A program made the translations under genes and the position numbers. The notes beneath the pieces are model-generated. The model did no database searches, was not told where the DNA came from, and was given only the letters and a program-made list of their open reading frames with translations. A stretch of DNA of 64,000 nucleotides from Planctomycetota bacterium (GTDB taxonomy: Bacteria > Planctomycetota > Planctomycetia > JALXBF01): positions 32,699 through 96,698 of the forward strand of contig JALXBF010000181.1 of NCBI GenBank assembly GCA_026991575.1, in the 5' to 3' direction. This document shows, in pieces, positions 55,443 to 64,000 of this stretch. Each line of letters begins with the position of its first letter. Within the stretch, counting starts at the first letter, position 1.

Positions 55443-56777
55443 ATGAGGCGCATGGCCGTGCGGATGCTGCCCAGTATCGGGGCAGCTCTCCTTGGGCTGC
55501 TCATCCTGCTGGTCACGCTCTTGCCCGCCGATGTGGTCAAGCTGCGCAGTGGTGGCATCATCCGTGGTCGGGTGCTGGAGAATGAGTCGGACCAGGAGTG
55601 GTTGACGATCGAGCTGGACAGTTCCAAGGGAGCGAAGATACGCATCAAGCGATCGGACGTGGCCGAGGTGCTCTCGGCTGCTGATCTGCGTGAGGAATAT
55701 CAGGCACTGCGCAGGAAACTGGGGGACGACTTCGACGCTCATCTTGAGCTGGCCAGGTGGTGCTACCGCTATCGGTTTCGCAAGGAACTGCTCTACCACC
55801 TCAAGCAGGCAGCGCAACGAAAGCCGGACGACCAGCAGTTGCGTCTGCTCGCTGCTCGGGCCGGTTACCTGGAGGAGGTCTTCCCTGAAGAGCGGAGCAA
55901 GCGGGCCGAGTCGCTCGGGCTGGTCCGTGACCGAGGACGCCTGGTGACGCCGCAGCAGAAGAAGCTGGCTGAGGCACGACGCCAGCGGGAGCGGAAGCGA
56001 CGCGAGTGGATCAAGCAGATTGCGGAGGCCAAGAAGCTGCTCCTTAGTGGGGACCGGTTTGCCCGCGAGGGCGTAAAGCAATTGCTTCATTCGATCGACG
56101 ATCCGCTGGCGCTGGACGCCGTGCTTCGATACTTCATCCGCGACGATCGCCCGGCACTTCGCAGTCTGGGGTGCCTGGCGCTGGCGCGCATTGGGGATCC
56201 GCGAGCCGGCGAGCGGCTCGTGGAGCTGGTGCTTGAGGATGAGTCGGAGGAGGTGCGCTGGGCGGCAATCGATGCGCTAAAGCGGCGTGAGGATTCGGCG
56301 GCGGTGCGCAAGTTGATCGCAGCCCTGCGATCGTCGCGCAACCACGTGGTCCGCTGGGCTGCGGTGGCACTGGGGGAGTTGGCTGCGGAAGAGGCGGTGC
56401 CGGCGCTGATCGATGCCCTCGTGACGGATCACGTGATCGTGTTTGACCGGCCCGGTATGACGGTGGGGACGGGAGGCGTTATTGGGGGATTCCCCGTGCA
56501 GCTGTCCGGAACGGCTGGAGAGGGCGGCGGTGTGACGCTGCCGGCGCCCGTGGGGTTGACGCCGATCATCGCGCAGCCGATCGCAAGCGGTGGCGGCATT
56601 CAGAGCGGCGGCCGGCAGGCCGTACGGGTGCGGGTTCAGAATCCCGAGGTGCTCGAAGCCCTGAAGAAACTTACCGGCGAAGACCACGGCTTCGACAAGA
56701 AGGCCTGGAAGCAGTGGTACCGGCGCCGGGGTGTGCTGAAGCAGGAAGAGCAGAAGCGGCAATTGCGGTTGCCTTGA
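55443..56777 (+). CDS. Secreted HEAT-repeat protein
   Basis: GGAGG RBS, signal peptide, DVVKLRSGGIIRGRV beta-domain, HEAT repeats (ALARIGD, VRWAAIDAL, ALGELAAEEAVPALIDAL), NPEVLEALKKLTG..W..W. Confidence 0.88.
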   Translation: MRRMAVRMLPSIGAALLGLLILLVTLLPADVVKLRSGGIIRGRVLENESDQEWLTIELDSSKGAKIRIKRSDVAEVLSAADLREEYQALRRKLGDDFDAHLELARWCYRYRFRKELLYHLKQAAQRKPDDQQLRLLAARAGYLEEVFPEERSKRAESLGLVRDRGRLVTPQQKKLAEARRQRERKRREWIKQIAEAKKLLLSGDRFAREGVKQLLHSIDDPLALDAVLRYFIRDDRPALRSLGCLALARIGDPRAGERLVELVLEDESEEVRWAAIDALKRREDSAAVRKLIAALRSSRNHVVRWAAVALGELAAEEAVPALIDALVTDHVIVFDRPGMTVGTGGVIGGFPVQLSGTAGEGGGVTLPAPVGLTPIIAQPIASGGGIQSGGRQAVRVRVQNPEVLEALKKLTGEDHGFDKKAWKQWYRRRGVLKQEEQKRQLRLP

Positions 56778-56903
56778 TCCGCCCTATCTGGCAGACTGAC
56801 CGCACGTTCAGGACCGTGCGGTGCGTCGAGACCCGTGTGGTGTGCAAACCGGGTAGCAATGGAGAGTGGGCAGATGCCACACGAAGTTGGTAGGACCAGG
56901 TTC

Positions 56904-58055
56904 ATGACGGCTTTGTTCAGCCTGCTCCTCTGGCTGGCGGTCGCTGCGGGACTGCCGGCTCAGCAGGAGCAAGCCGCACAGCAGCAGCGGCAACAGGAGG
57001 CGGGACAGGCTGGGCAATCGGCGGCCGATGAGCAGGACGTGCAGGATCGGCGTCGCGAGGCGCTGCAGTTGCTGGGCAAGGCGGAGCTGGCGGCCGAGCA
57101 GGGCCGGACACAACAGGCTCTGGAACTGGCACGCAAGGCCCAGCAGCTCTGGCCTGATTCCCTTGCCATCGCAGCCTTCATCCAGTCGCTGAAACAGCAG
57201 GTCGAGGAGCGACCGACCCGGCCGGGCCCGTATCTGAAGGCCAAGGCCCATCTGGCTGCAGCGGTCAGCCGCGCCCAGTGGCTCATGTCCCAGCGACGCT
57301 ACAGCGAGGCGATCGATCTGCTGCAGGGCGTGATTCAAGCTGCAGAACTGTTCCCGAAAGCAGCAGACGTGGCGTTCTACAAGGAGGTCGCCGAACGGGA
57401 GCTGGCTCGCTATGAGGATGCCGTTGCCCGCGGTGAGATTCGCCCCGTGAAGGCTCCGCGGCCCAAGCGTCAGGGGGTGCAGCAGGCAAGACTCGAGATC
57501 ACCGACATGCCCGAAGGACCGGAGAACGCGTACCGGTTAGTCCGGATCGCACGCGAGTCAACCCCTCGCTGGTACGTTGAGACCAAGAACCTGCTGCAGC
57601 GCAAGATGACCGTCGATTACCGGGACATGCCGTTCGGGCTGGTGCTGGACGACATCCGGCGACAGACCGGGGTGAAGATCATTGTGGACGATCCGGTCAA
57701 GGCTGCTCGTACCACGGGGCTTGCGCTGGTCGATTTCCGGGCCAAGGGCGTCACGGCCGAGACCGTGTTGAGCATTGCCTGTGAACTGGCCGGCTGCGAG
57801 TATGTGATCCTCCCAAAGGGCGTTGTGGTGACAACCAAGGACAAAGCCGCCGACTATGTCCGTTCCCTGCCGGAGTCGATTGCCGAGACGTGGGCACGCG
57901 GTCGGTATCTGTTCCCTGAGTTGTATGTCGACGCGGCTCGCCAACTGCCGCTGCCCGAGGTGACGCCTGAAGAGGCGCCCCGCGAAGAGAACGTGCCCCC
58001 CTACCTACGCTCTGGCAAGGACTTGGTCGCTCATATCCAGAAACTACTTCGCTAG
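56904..58055 (+). CDS. Secreted TPR-like protein with an STN/secretin-N-like domain
   Basis: Signal peptide, Gln-rich start, TPR-like helices, LQRKMTVDYRDMPFGLVLDDIRRQTGVKIIVD...YVILPKGVVVTT; no secretin beta-domain. Start uncertain (56835-56904). Confidence 0.75.
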   Translation: MTALFSLLLWLAVAAGLPAQQEQAAQQQRQQEAGQAGQSAADEQDVQDRRREALQLLGKAELAAEQGRTQQALELARKAQQLWPDSLAIAAFIQSLKQQVEERPTRPGPYLKAKAHLAAAVSRAQWLMSQRRYSEAIDLLQGVIQAAELFPKAADVAFYKEVAERELARYEDAVARGEIRPVKAPRPKRQGVQQARLEITDMPEGPENAYRLVRIARESTPRWYVETKNLLQRKMTVDYRDMPFGLVLDDIRRQTGVKIIVDDPVKAARTTGLALVDFRAKGVTAETVLSIACELAGCEYVILPKGVVVTTKDKAADYVRSLPESIAETWARGRYLFPELYVDAARQLPLPEVTPEEAPREENVPPYLRSGKDLVAHIQKLLR

Positions 58056-58110
58056 CCGTTCGACAGGTCGCCGGCACGTTGGAGTCGGCGCCAGAACAAG
58101 CACTTGACCG

Positions 58111-58153
58111 GGCCGGGGGCGCCCTGCGGGTGCCCCGGGCCTTTTGCTGTTTT
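58111..58153 (+). terminator. Probable intrinsic terminator
   Basis: Stem GGCCGGGGGCGCCC / GGGTGCCCCGGGCC (one mismatch, one G-U) followed by TTTTGCTGTTTT, 55 nt after the stop, between convergent genes. Confidence 0.7.
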
Positions 58154-58192
58154 CGAAACGCCCCCTGGCCGGCGCGCGGGCGTGGGAGCCGG

Positions 58193-58606
58193 CTAGCGGC
58201 TGCTTGGCCCGTTGAGCCTGGTGTGACGCAGGGCGATGGCGATCGCGGTCGCGTACGCATGGCAATGGGAAAGGCTCAGGCTGATGCGGCAGATCTCTAG
58301 CCGCCGGGCCACCGCACGCACTTTGCGCCGCAGTGCTACCTTAGGCCGTCCGCTCGGATGGTGCCGCACTTCGATGTCGGTCCAGGCAATCCCTTTTCGC
58401 CAGCCGGTACCCAGCGCCTTCAGCACCGCCTCCTTGGCGGCCCATCGGGCTGCGAAGTGCTCCTCGGCACGCCGTCGCCGGGCGCAATACTCGATTTCGG
58501 CCGGCGTGTAGACGCGCTTCAGGAACAGCTCGCCGTGCTCCTCGATCATCCGCGCGATGCGCGCGCATTCGATGATGTCTGTGCCGATCCCATAGATTTC
58601 GAGCAT
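58193..58606 (-). CDS. acpS: Holo-[acyl-carrier-protein] synthase
   Basis: GIGTDIIE, FAARWAAKEAVLKALGTG, GRP, LSLSH. Confidence 0.96.
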   Translation of the reverse strand: MLEIYGIGTDIIECARIARMIEEHGELFLKRVYTPAEIEYCARRRRAEEHFAARWAAKEAVLKALGTGWRKGIAWTDIEVRHHPSGRPKVALRRKVRAVARRLEICRISLSLSHCHAYATAIAIALRHTRLNGPSSR

Positions 58607-58761
58607 GCCCTACGCGTCCCACCTCCGGCGCAAGCGACCGGTCACACGGCATCGCAGCGGCAGGCTCTGCGGTGCTGTCAGCCCGGTGTTACGCACTCCC
58701 AGCCATAGAATCCCAAAGGCCATCCGAGCCAGGATGAGATCGAACCAGGGAGGCGCCTGCA

Positions 58762-61047
58762 ATGAACCGCGCCATTTTAGACGCTCTGACACCGGAACAG
58801 AAGGAAGCGGTTACCCACATCGAAGGCCCGCTGCTGGTGCTGGCCGGTCCCGGAAGCGGCAAGACCCGCGTGATTACCCATCGCATCGCCTATCTCCTGG
58901 AACAAGGCATCCCCGACCACCAGATTCTTGGCATCACGTTCACCAACAAGGCGGCGCGCGAGATGGCCGACCGGCTCGATCGGCTCGTTCCCGGCCATCA
59001 GGTCTGGCTTGGCACTTTCCATAAGTTCTGCGTGCGACTGCTGCGACGCTACGCAGAACGGGCGGGCATCGACGAGAACTTCGTCATCTATGACACGTCG
59101 GACCGACAGGCCGTCATCAAGCAGGTGATGGACGAACTGGGGATCGACCGTACGAGCCTGGCTCCGAAACTGGTTGAGACAATGATCAGCCGGGCAAAGA
59201 ACGATTTCATCCTGCCCAAACAGTTCGCGCACCGAGCGTCCAGCCCGCTCGAGGAAGCGGTTGCCAAGATCTACAACCGCTATGAGACGCTGATGCGTGA
59301 GCAGAACGCACTGGATTTCGACGACCTGCTCGTGCTGGCTGCGACCCTCCTGGCTGACGACCAACAACTCCGCAGCACACTGGACCAGCACCTCAGGTTC
59401 ATCCTTGTCGATGAGTACCAGGATACGAACGAAGTGCAGTACCGTATCGTGAGGCTGCTGTCGCAGGACGAGCCACACTTATGCGTCACGGGTGATCCGG
59501 ACCAGTCCATCTACGGATGGCGCGGGGCGAACATCAAGAACATCCTCCGATTCGAACGCGACTACCCGAATTGCCGGGTCGTACGCCTCGAACAGAACTT
59601 CCGCAGCACTGCTAGCATCCTGGAAGCGGCCAACCAACTGATCCGTCACAACCGGATGCGCAAGCGGAAGGTCTTGCGCACCACGAAGCCGAAGGGACAG
59701 CCGGTCGCGGTGCGGTGCTATGCGAACGAGCACGAGGAAGCGGAAGCGATTGCGGCTGAGATTAAGCAAGCCGTTACGGACGGCCGCCGCACGTACGGTG
59801 ACTTTGCGATTTTCTGCCGCATCGGCGCGCTGACTCGATTGCTGGAACGGGCACTACGCGCCCAGGGGGTGCCGTATCAGATTCTCAGTGGCGTGGCCTT
59901 CTTCGAACGGATGGAAATCAAGGACGTCCTGGCATATCTGCGACTATTGGTCAATCCACGCGACAACGTTTCCTTCCTACGCGCGATCAAGAGCCCGCCG
60001 CGAGGTGTCGGCGATACGACGCTGAAACGGTTGACCGAGTGGGCCGATGCCCTGGGACTTTCCTGCCTGGAAGCCGCTGCGCGGGCCGACCAGTTGCCGG
60101 GCATCCGGCCGGCTCAGCGTAATGCCTTACGGGCCTTCGCGGAGCTGTTCCAACGGTGGCGACAGCAGACCGATCGGCCGCTTGCCGAGCAGATCCGGGC
60201 CATTATCGACGAGTCGGGCTACTTGCAGTGGGTGGCGCATCAGCCAGAGGGGGAGGAGCGACAGGCGAACATCGAGGAACTGGTCACGGCAGCCGCGGAG
60301 TTCGAGGAGGAAACGGACAGCCGGACACTGGCCGACTTCCTCGCCACCAGCGCACTGACGACCGATCTGGATCGGTGGGATCCGGAACAGGGAGCCGTCT
60401 CCCTGATGACCTTACATGCCGCCAAGGGACTGGAGTTCCCGGTGGTGTACATTGTCGCAGTGGAGGAAGACATCCTGCCGCACGCTCGATCGGCCGACTC
60501 TCAGGAGCAGCTCGAAGAGGAACGTCGGTTGCTGTTCGTTGGTATCACGCGGGCCCAGGAGGAGCTTTATCTGAGCTATGCGCGGGAACGTTCCTTCCGC
60601 GGCATGGTCAGCGTGACGGTGCCCAGCCAGTTCCTGAATGAGCTCGGCATTCCGGTAGTGGACTGCAGCGGCAGGCTGGGCACGCACGGTGACTGGGATC
60701 AGTTTGGCGCGAACGAACTGCATTGGCTCCACAGCAGCCGCCCTAATCGACAGACGACGGGACGGCGGAGCCGCTCACGCTCCAGCACCCGCCGGACGAT
60801 GACCGGCGGAACTGGAGCGACCGGAGCGGGCCACGAGCGCGCCGGCAGCCAGACTGCCCGAGCCGGCACGTTGGGTGGAAACGAGGAACTGGCAATCGGC
60901 ACACGCGTGCGGCACGACCGTTACGGGATCGGTTACGTGATCTGCGTCGAAGGTCAGGGACAGACCCGACGCGTGCGTGTTGCGTTCTCGCGGCATGGAG
61001 TACGGAGCTTCCTGGCAACAAAGGCAAAACTGGAAATCTTGCGTTAG
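58762..61047 (+). CDS. pcrA: UvrD/PcrA superfamily 1 DNA helicase
   Basis: AGPGSGKT, TFTNKAA, VDEYQDTN, GDPDQSIYGWRGA, LEQNFRS, TLHAAKGLEF, EERRLLFVGITRA, C-terminal Tudor-like domain. Confidence 0.95.
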   Translation: MNRAILDALTPEQKEAVTHIEGPLLVLAGPGSGKTRVITHRIAYLLEQGIPDHQILGITFTNKAAREMADRLDRLVPGHQVWLGTFHKFCVRLLRRYAERAGIDENFVIYDTSDRQAVIKQVMDELGIDRTSLAPKLVETMISRAKNDFILPKQFAHRASSPLEEAVAKIYNRYETLMREQNALDFDDLLVLAATLLADDQQLRSTLDQHLRFILVDEYQDTNEVQYRIVRLLSQDEPHLCVTGDPDQSIYGWRGANIKNILRFERDYPNCRVVRLEQNFRSTASILEAANQLIRHNRMRKRKVLRTTKPKGQPVAVRCYANEHEEAEAIAAEIKQAVTDGRRTYGDFAIFCRIGALTRLLERALRAQGVPYQILSGVAFFERMEIKDVLAYLRLLVNPRDNVSFLRAIKSPPRGVGDTTLKRLTEWADALGLSCLEAAARADQLPGIRPAQRNALRAFAELFQRWRQQTDRPLAEQIRAIIDESGYLQWVAHQPEGEERQANIEELVTAAAEFEEETDSRTLADFLATSALTTDLDRWDPEQGAVSLMTLHAAKGLEFPVVYIVAVEEDILPHARSADSQEQLEEERRLLFVGITRAQEELYLSYARERSFRGMVSVTVPSQFLNELGIPVVDCSGRLGTHGDWDQFGANELHWLHSSRPNRQTTGRRSRSRSSTRRTMTGGTGATGAGHERAGSQTARAGTLGGNEELAIGTRVRHDRYGIGYVICVEGQGQTRRVRVAFSRHGVRSFLATKAKLEILR

Positions 61048-61206
61048 CGGCCGGCACTGCCTGGACAGCGTTAGAGCCTCTAGCGATCACGCAACCACCG
61101 GCGCCGCGGACCAGCTTCGTCGACGCTTCCAGTTGCGGTTGGTTGGAAGTGTCCCTGGAGATAACGTGATCGAACACGCTCTCAGGTCGCTGGGGTCTCC
61201 GACACG

Positions 61207-62496
61207 CTAGTCGGCAGACCGCTCATCGCCCCTGGCCCCTTCAGGCTCATCCGATTCGGAGCCAGCGATCAGGTCCAGGCCAGCTTGGGCCAGGCCGGAC
61301 AGTTTCACGACGTCAATGTCCGCTTCGGCATGGTTCCATGTAAAGCTGGCCGCGTACCAGGCGCCGGACCTGGTCTGCAGCAGCCACGTCATGTTGAGCA
61401 CACCCGCTTCGCTACCACCCTTGTAGCCAACGTACCGGAAGCGGTGCTCAATGCCTGGCAACCCAGGGTTGATTGCCAGGATCTTCAGCACCCGTTCGCT
61501 CCGGCAGGTCCGAAGCCAGTCCATTAGTCGGCACAAGTCGGCGCAGCTCGCATACCACTCGACCTGATCGATCGCCGTCGGTGTGGTGGGCACGGCGTAG
61601 ACGGCCGGCAGCTCGTGACCGGCTAGCTCCGCCAGCAGCTGACGTCGTTGCCGGTGGTCTGCCTGGAGATAGCGCTGGAGCAGGTTGGCATTGGCCTTAA
61701 GCGTGAACAACTCGCGAGTTGTCAGCAGCGGCAACGTCCGGCTCGGGTTGCTGTGTCCGAATCGAGCCAGCGATTGCTCGATCCGATCGCGCCCCAACCA
61801 GTGGATCAGGTGGTCGGTTGCGGTGTTGTCGCTGATGGAAATCATCTGCACGGCCAGCGTGTGGACGGTGACCGGGGCGCCGTTCGGCCAGTCTTGCATG
61901 ACGCCGGATGGTAGAGATTTCAGGCGTTGCTCAAGCTGCACAACCTTAGCCCACGGATCGGGTTGTTCGGCCAACGCCGCGAGCACGTACAGTTTGAACG
62001 TTGAACCGATGGCAAGCTGCTGGTCGGGATTGACCGCCAGCAATTCGGTGGGCTCCGGCGCCAGGCGGCGCACAAGCGCCGAGACCGTACCGGGCAGCTG
62101 GTCCAAACGCTGGCCGAGCTCCTCGAAGCTGCGCACGGCCGGAGCAGGCGGACCGAAGAACAAACCGGCGATTCGGTGCGGCGGCCTGCTTTCCAGCGAC
62201 AGTGTCATGATCATGAGGAATCCTTTCGACGTGCGGAGCTGGAACCGGCCAGAGTAGTTACCAAGCTTCTCGACCTGGGCATAGGACTCGACGGTGCCAA
62301 ACTGATCCCGGAGCGTCGTGAGTACGGCGCGGAGCCGAGTGATGCCGAGCCGCTGACGGAAGACCGTACCGAGGTCATCCTCGGTGATTCTCTCCGGGTC
62401 TGCGAGCGACTGCACCACTTGGTGGGCGCGTTCCGCAAGCGGAGACTGGACGACACAGACAGACCACACTAGCTTAAGCAAGATCAAGCACTGCAC
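61207..62496 (-). CDS. Serine hydrolase, class A beta-lactamase-like fold with an extra N-terminal domain
   Basis: Signal peptide; GSTFK (SxxK), SISDNTATD (SDN), GYKGGSE (KTG-equivalent). Confidence 0.88.
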   Translation of the reverse strand: MQCLILLKLVWSVCVVQSPLAERAHQVVQSLADPERITEDDLGTVFRQRLGITRLRAVLTTLRDQFGTVESYAQVEKLGNYSGRFQLRTSKGFLMIMTLSLESRPPHRIAGLFFGPPAPAVRSFEELGQRLDQLPGTVSALVRRLAPEPTELLAVNPDQQLAIGSTFKLYVLAALAEQPDPWAKVVQLEQRLKSLPSGVMQDWPNGAPVTVHTLAVQMISISDNTATDHLIHWLGRDRIEQSLARFGHSNPSRTLPLLTTRELFTLKANANLLQRYLQADHRQRRQLLAELAGHELPAVYAVPTTPTAIDQVEWYASCADLCRLMDWLRTCRSERVLKILAINPGLPGIEHRFRYVGYKGGSEAGVLNMTWLLQTRSGAWYAASFTWNHAEADIDVVKLSGLAQAGLDLIAGSESDEPEGARGDERSAD

Positions 62497-62560
62497 GAGG
62501 CTATCTCCGACAAGGACGATCCGCGCCGTGTATTCGTCGGGTGGCTGCGCATCTTAGGCA

Positions 62561-63193
62561 TCAGCCGAGCTGGCGGTCGAACAGGTGCAGGCAGGAATTG
62601 ATCGTCAGCGGTTCGATTTGTCCGTGGCGACGGCGCAGCACGGAGATCCCTCCGTTGGACAAGACGACCCGCTTGGCGCGACTGGAACCCAGCCCGAGCA
62701 AGTGCGCCAGATACACCCGGCCGACCGTGTTGTGCCAGACAACCACGAAGTCGCCCCGCGGATGCCGGTCAAACAGTCCTGCCATCGCTGGCACAACGCG
62801 ACGCTCGACATCCGCGAAGCTTTCCCCCTCCGGGTAGCCATGGGTGGCGGGATCTTTCTGGAAGAGGGCGTAGTAGTCCGGTTCTGACTCGGCAATCTCG
62901 CGCACTGACTTTCCCTCCCAACGCCCGACATCCACTTCACGCAGCTCGGGGATCGGTTGGACAGGGAGGCCGTGGGGTTCAGCGATGATCTGTGCGGTTT
63001 CCATGGCCCGGCGCAGGGGGCTGCTGAAGATGGCGCACAGCCGGAGGTCGCGCAGAGTGTCGCGAACACGCGCCGCCTGCCAGCGGCCCAATTCACACAA
63101 GGGGAAGTCGCCACCGGAGCCCTGCAGCACCGGGGGAGCCATCAGGTTGATCTCAGTAGCTCCGTGGCGAACCAGGAAAACGTACTGGTCCAT
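62561..63193 (-). CDS. Histidine phosphatase family protein
   Basis: LVRHGAT, SSPLRRAMETA, LREVDVGRWEG, GES, VVVWH. Confidence 0.93.
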   Translation of the reverse strand: MDQYVFLVRHGATEINLMAPPVLQGSGGDFPLCELGRWQAARVRDTLRDLRLCAIFSSPLRRAMETAQIIAEPHGLPVQPIPELREVDVGRWEGKSVREIAESEPDYYALFQKDPATHGYPEGESFADVERRVVPAMAGLFDRHPRGDFVVVWHNTVGRVYLAHLLGLGSSRAKRVVLSNGGISVLRRRHGQIEPLTINSCLHLFDRQLG

Positions 63194-63215
63194 GCTGGGG
63201 TTCCGATGGCTGTTC

Positions 63216-63728
63216 TCACGCAGCATGAGCCGTGCGATCGTGCCCCAGTGGTTGGTCCTCCACGAGGCGGTACTCAAACCAGTACGCATCCTCCTCCGTG
63301 TCGGGGAAATGGGCTCTCAACACCCTTGTGGCCCGGAAGCCACAGGCCCGGAAGAACAACTGCGCGTCCAAGTTCGTCTCGCGCACTTCCAGCGTAATGC
63401 GATCTCTTCGGTGATGCGATAACTTGCTCACGATCTTCTCGATCAGTTGCCGGCCAATGCCGCGGCGGCGGTAGCGCGGGTGCACCGCCATGTTGAGAAT
63501 ATGGAGTCGGGTCGCCAGCAGTTCATACACGAGGAATCCGACGATTTGGTCCTGGTATTCCGCCACCATGCCGATGCAGTTGCGTTGTCTGAGACAGCGA
63601 ACGAATTCTTCCTCGCACCACGGGAATTCGTGGCTCAAATGTTCGATCCAGGCTACTTCAGGCATATCGCGCCGGATCATCCATCGGATCTGGACCGAGA
63701 GTTGGCGCTGCTGACCTGTGGTACTCAT
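63216..63728 (-). CDS. rimI: Ribosomal-protein-alanine N-acetyltransferase
   Basis: AGGAGG RBS; IRWMIRRDMPEV, LHILNMAVHPRYRRRGIG, LEVRETN..AQLFF, EDAY. Confidence 0.93.
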   Translation of the reverse strand: MSTTGQQRQLSVQIRWMIRRDMPEVAWIEHLSHEFPWCEEEFVRCLRQRNCIGMVAEYQDQIVGFLVYELLATRLHILNMAVHPRYRRRGIGRQLIEKIVSKLSHHRRDRITLEVRETNLDAQLFFRACGFRATRVLRAHFPDTEEDAYWFEYRLVEDQPLGHDRTAHAA

Positions 63729-64000
63729 GGCGCCCTCCTGTACGCCGCCTGCGCCGTCGTCCGAATTGGCTTCCATAACCGGCCACCAGTGTAGCAAAGC
63801 TGCCTGACGCCGCAAGGCTAACCCGCCAGCCGGGTGCCTTTCAGCTCTTGCGCCCACTGTGGTGGACGGTAGCTCGCTGTGTCTGCTGGCGAGACGGCGG
63901 TAGAGGCCGTCGCCGTGTCAGCGGGGCATCTGTCGGGGCGGGAGGCTGAGCGATCGGGCCGCTTCCGTGAACGGGTGGGGGGCCTTACGCCCCCCCCAAC

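Noticed and set aside
58087-58141. glmS-ribozyme-like string GGCGCCAGAAC...TTGACCGGG CCGGGG...GCGGGTGCCCCGG
   Set aside because: It lacks the A at the cleavage site, the GACGAGG core (reads GACCGGG), the P2.1 partner and P3/P4. It lies 3' of a gene with no glmS downstream and is explained by the terminator hairpin. An Infernal search with the Rfam glmS model would settle it.
1-64000. CRISPR arrays, transposases, prophage, toxin-antitoxin or defence genes
   Set aside because: No regularly spaced repeats or matching protein motifs seen; nearly all coding space is accounted for by the listed genes.

Overview
GC-rich bacterial chromosome segment, almost certainly Planctomycetota (two PVC-type heme-binding CxxCH proteins, a PQQ-like propeller and several planctomycete-style hypothetical proteins). 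It has about 41 protein genes and one tRNA-Cys(GCA). Housekeeping genes (leuS cut by the left edge, topA, tsaD, trpD, moaB/mogA, acpS, pcrA/uvrD, rimI) are interspersed with cell-envelope genes: three GT-C/ArnT-like glycosyltransferases, a nucleotide-sugar dehydrogenase plus DegT aminotransferase, an exosortase-Wzc-EpsI trio, a MacAB-like ABC exporter, and S41, HtrA and M2/M3 proteases. I see no CRISPR array, transposase, integrase or prophage. Best leads: (1) a near-consensus sigma-54 promoter about 575 nt upstream of the exosortase-Wzc-EpsI trio, with an unexplained leader and no visible sorting substrate; (2) a PpiD-like chaperone whose parvulin slot holds a ~258-aa low-complexity segment, encoded just upstream of a CtpA protease; (3) a secreted alpha/beta-hydrolase-fold protein lacking both catalytic Ser and His; (4) a four-gene run of heme dehydrogenase, putative glycosidase, HEAT protein and orphan STN-like protein. 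No wholly new system can be proven from sequence alone. All family calls come from motif recognition, not database searches.
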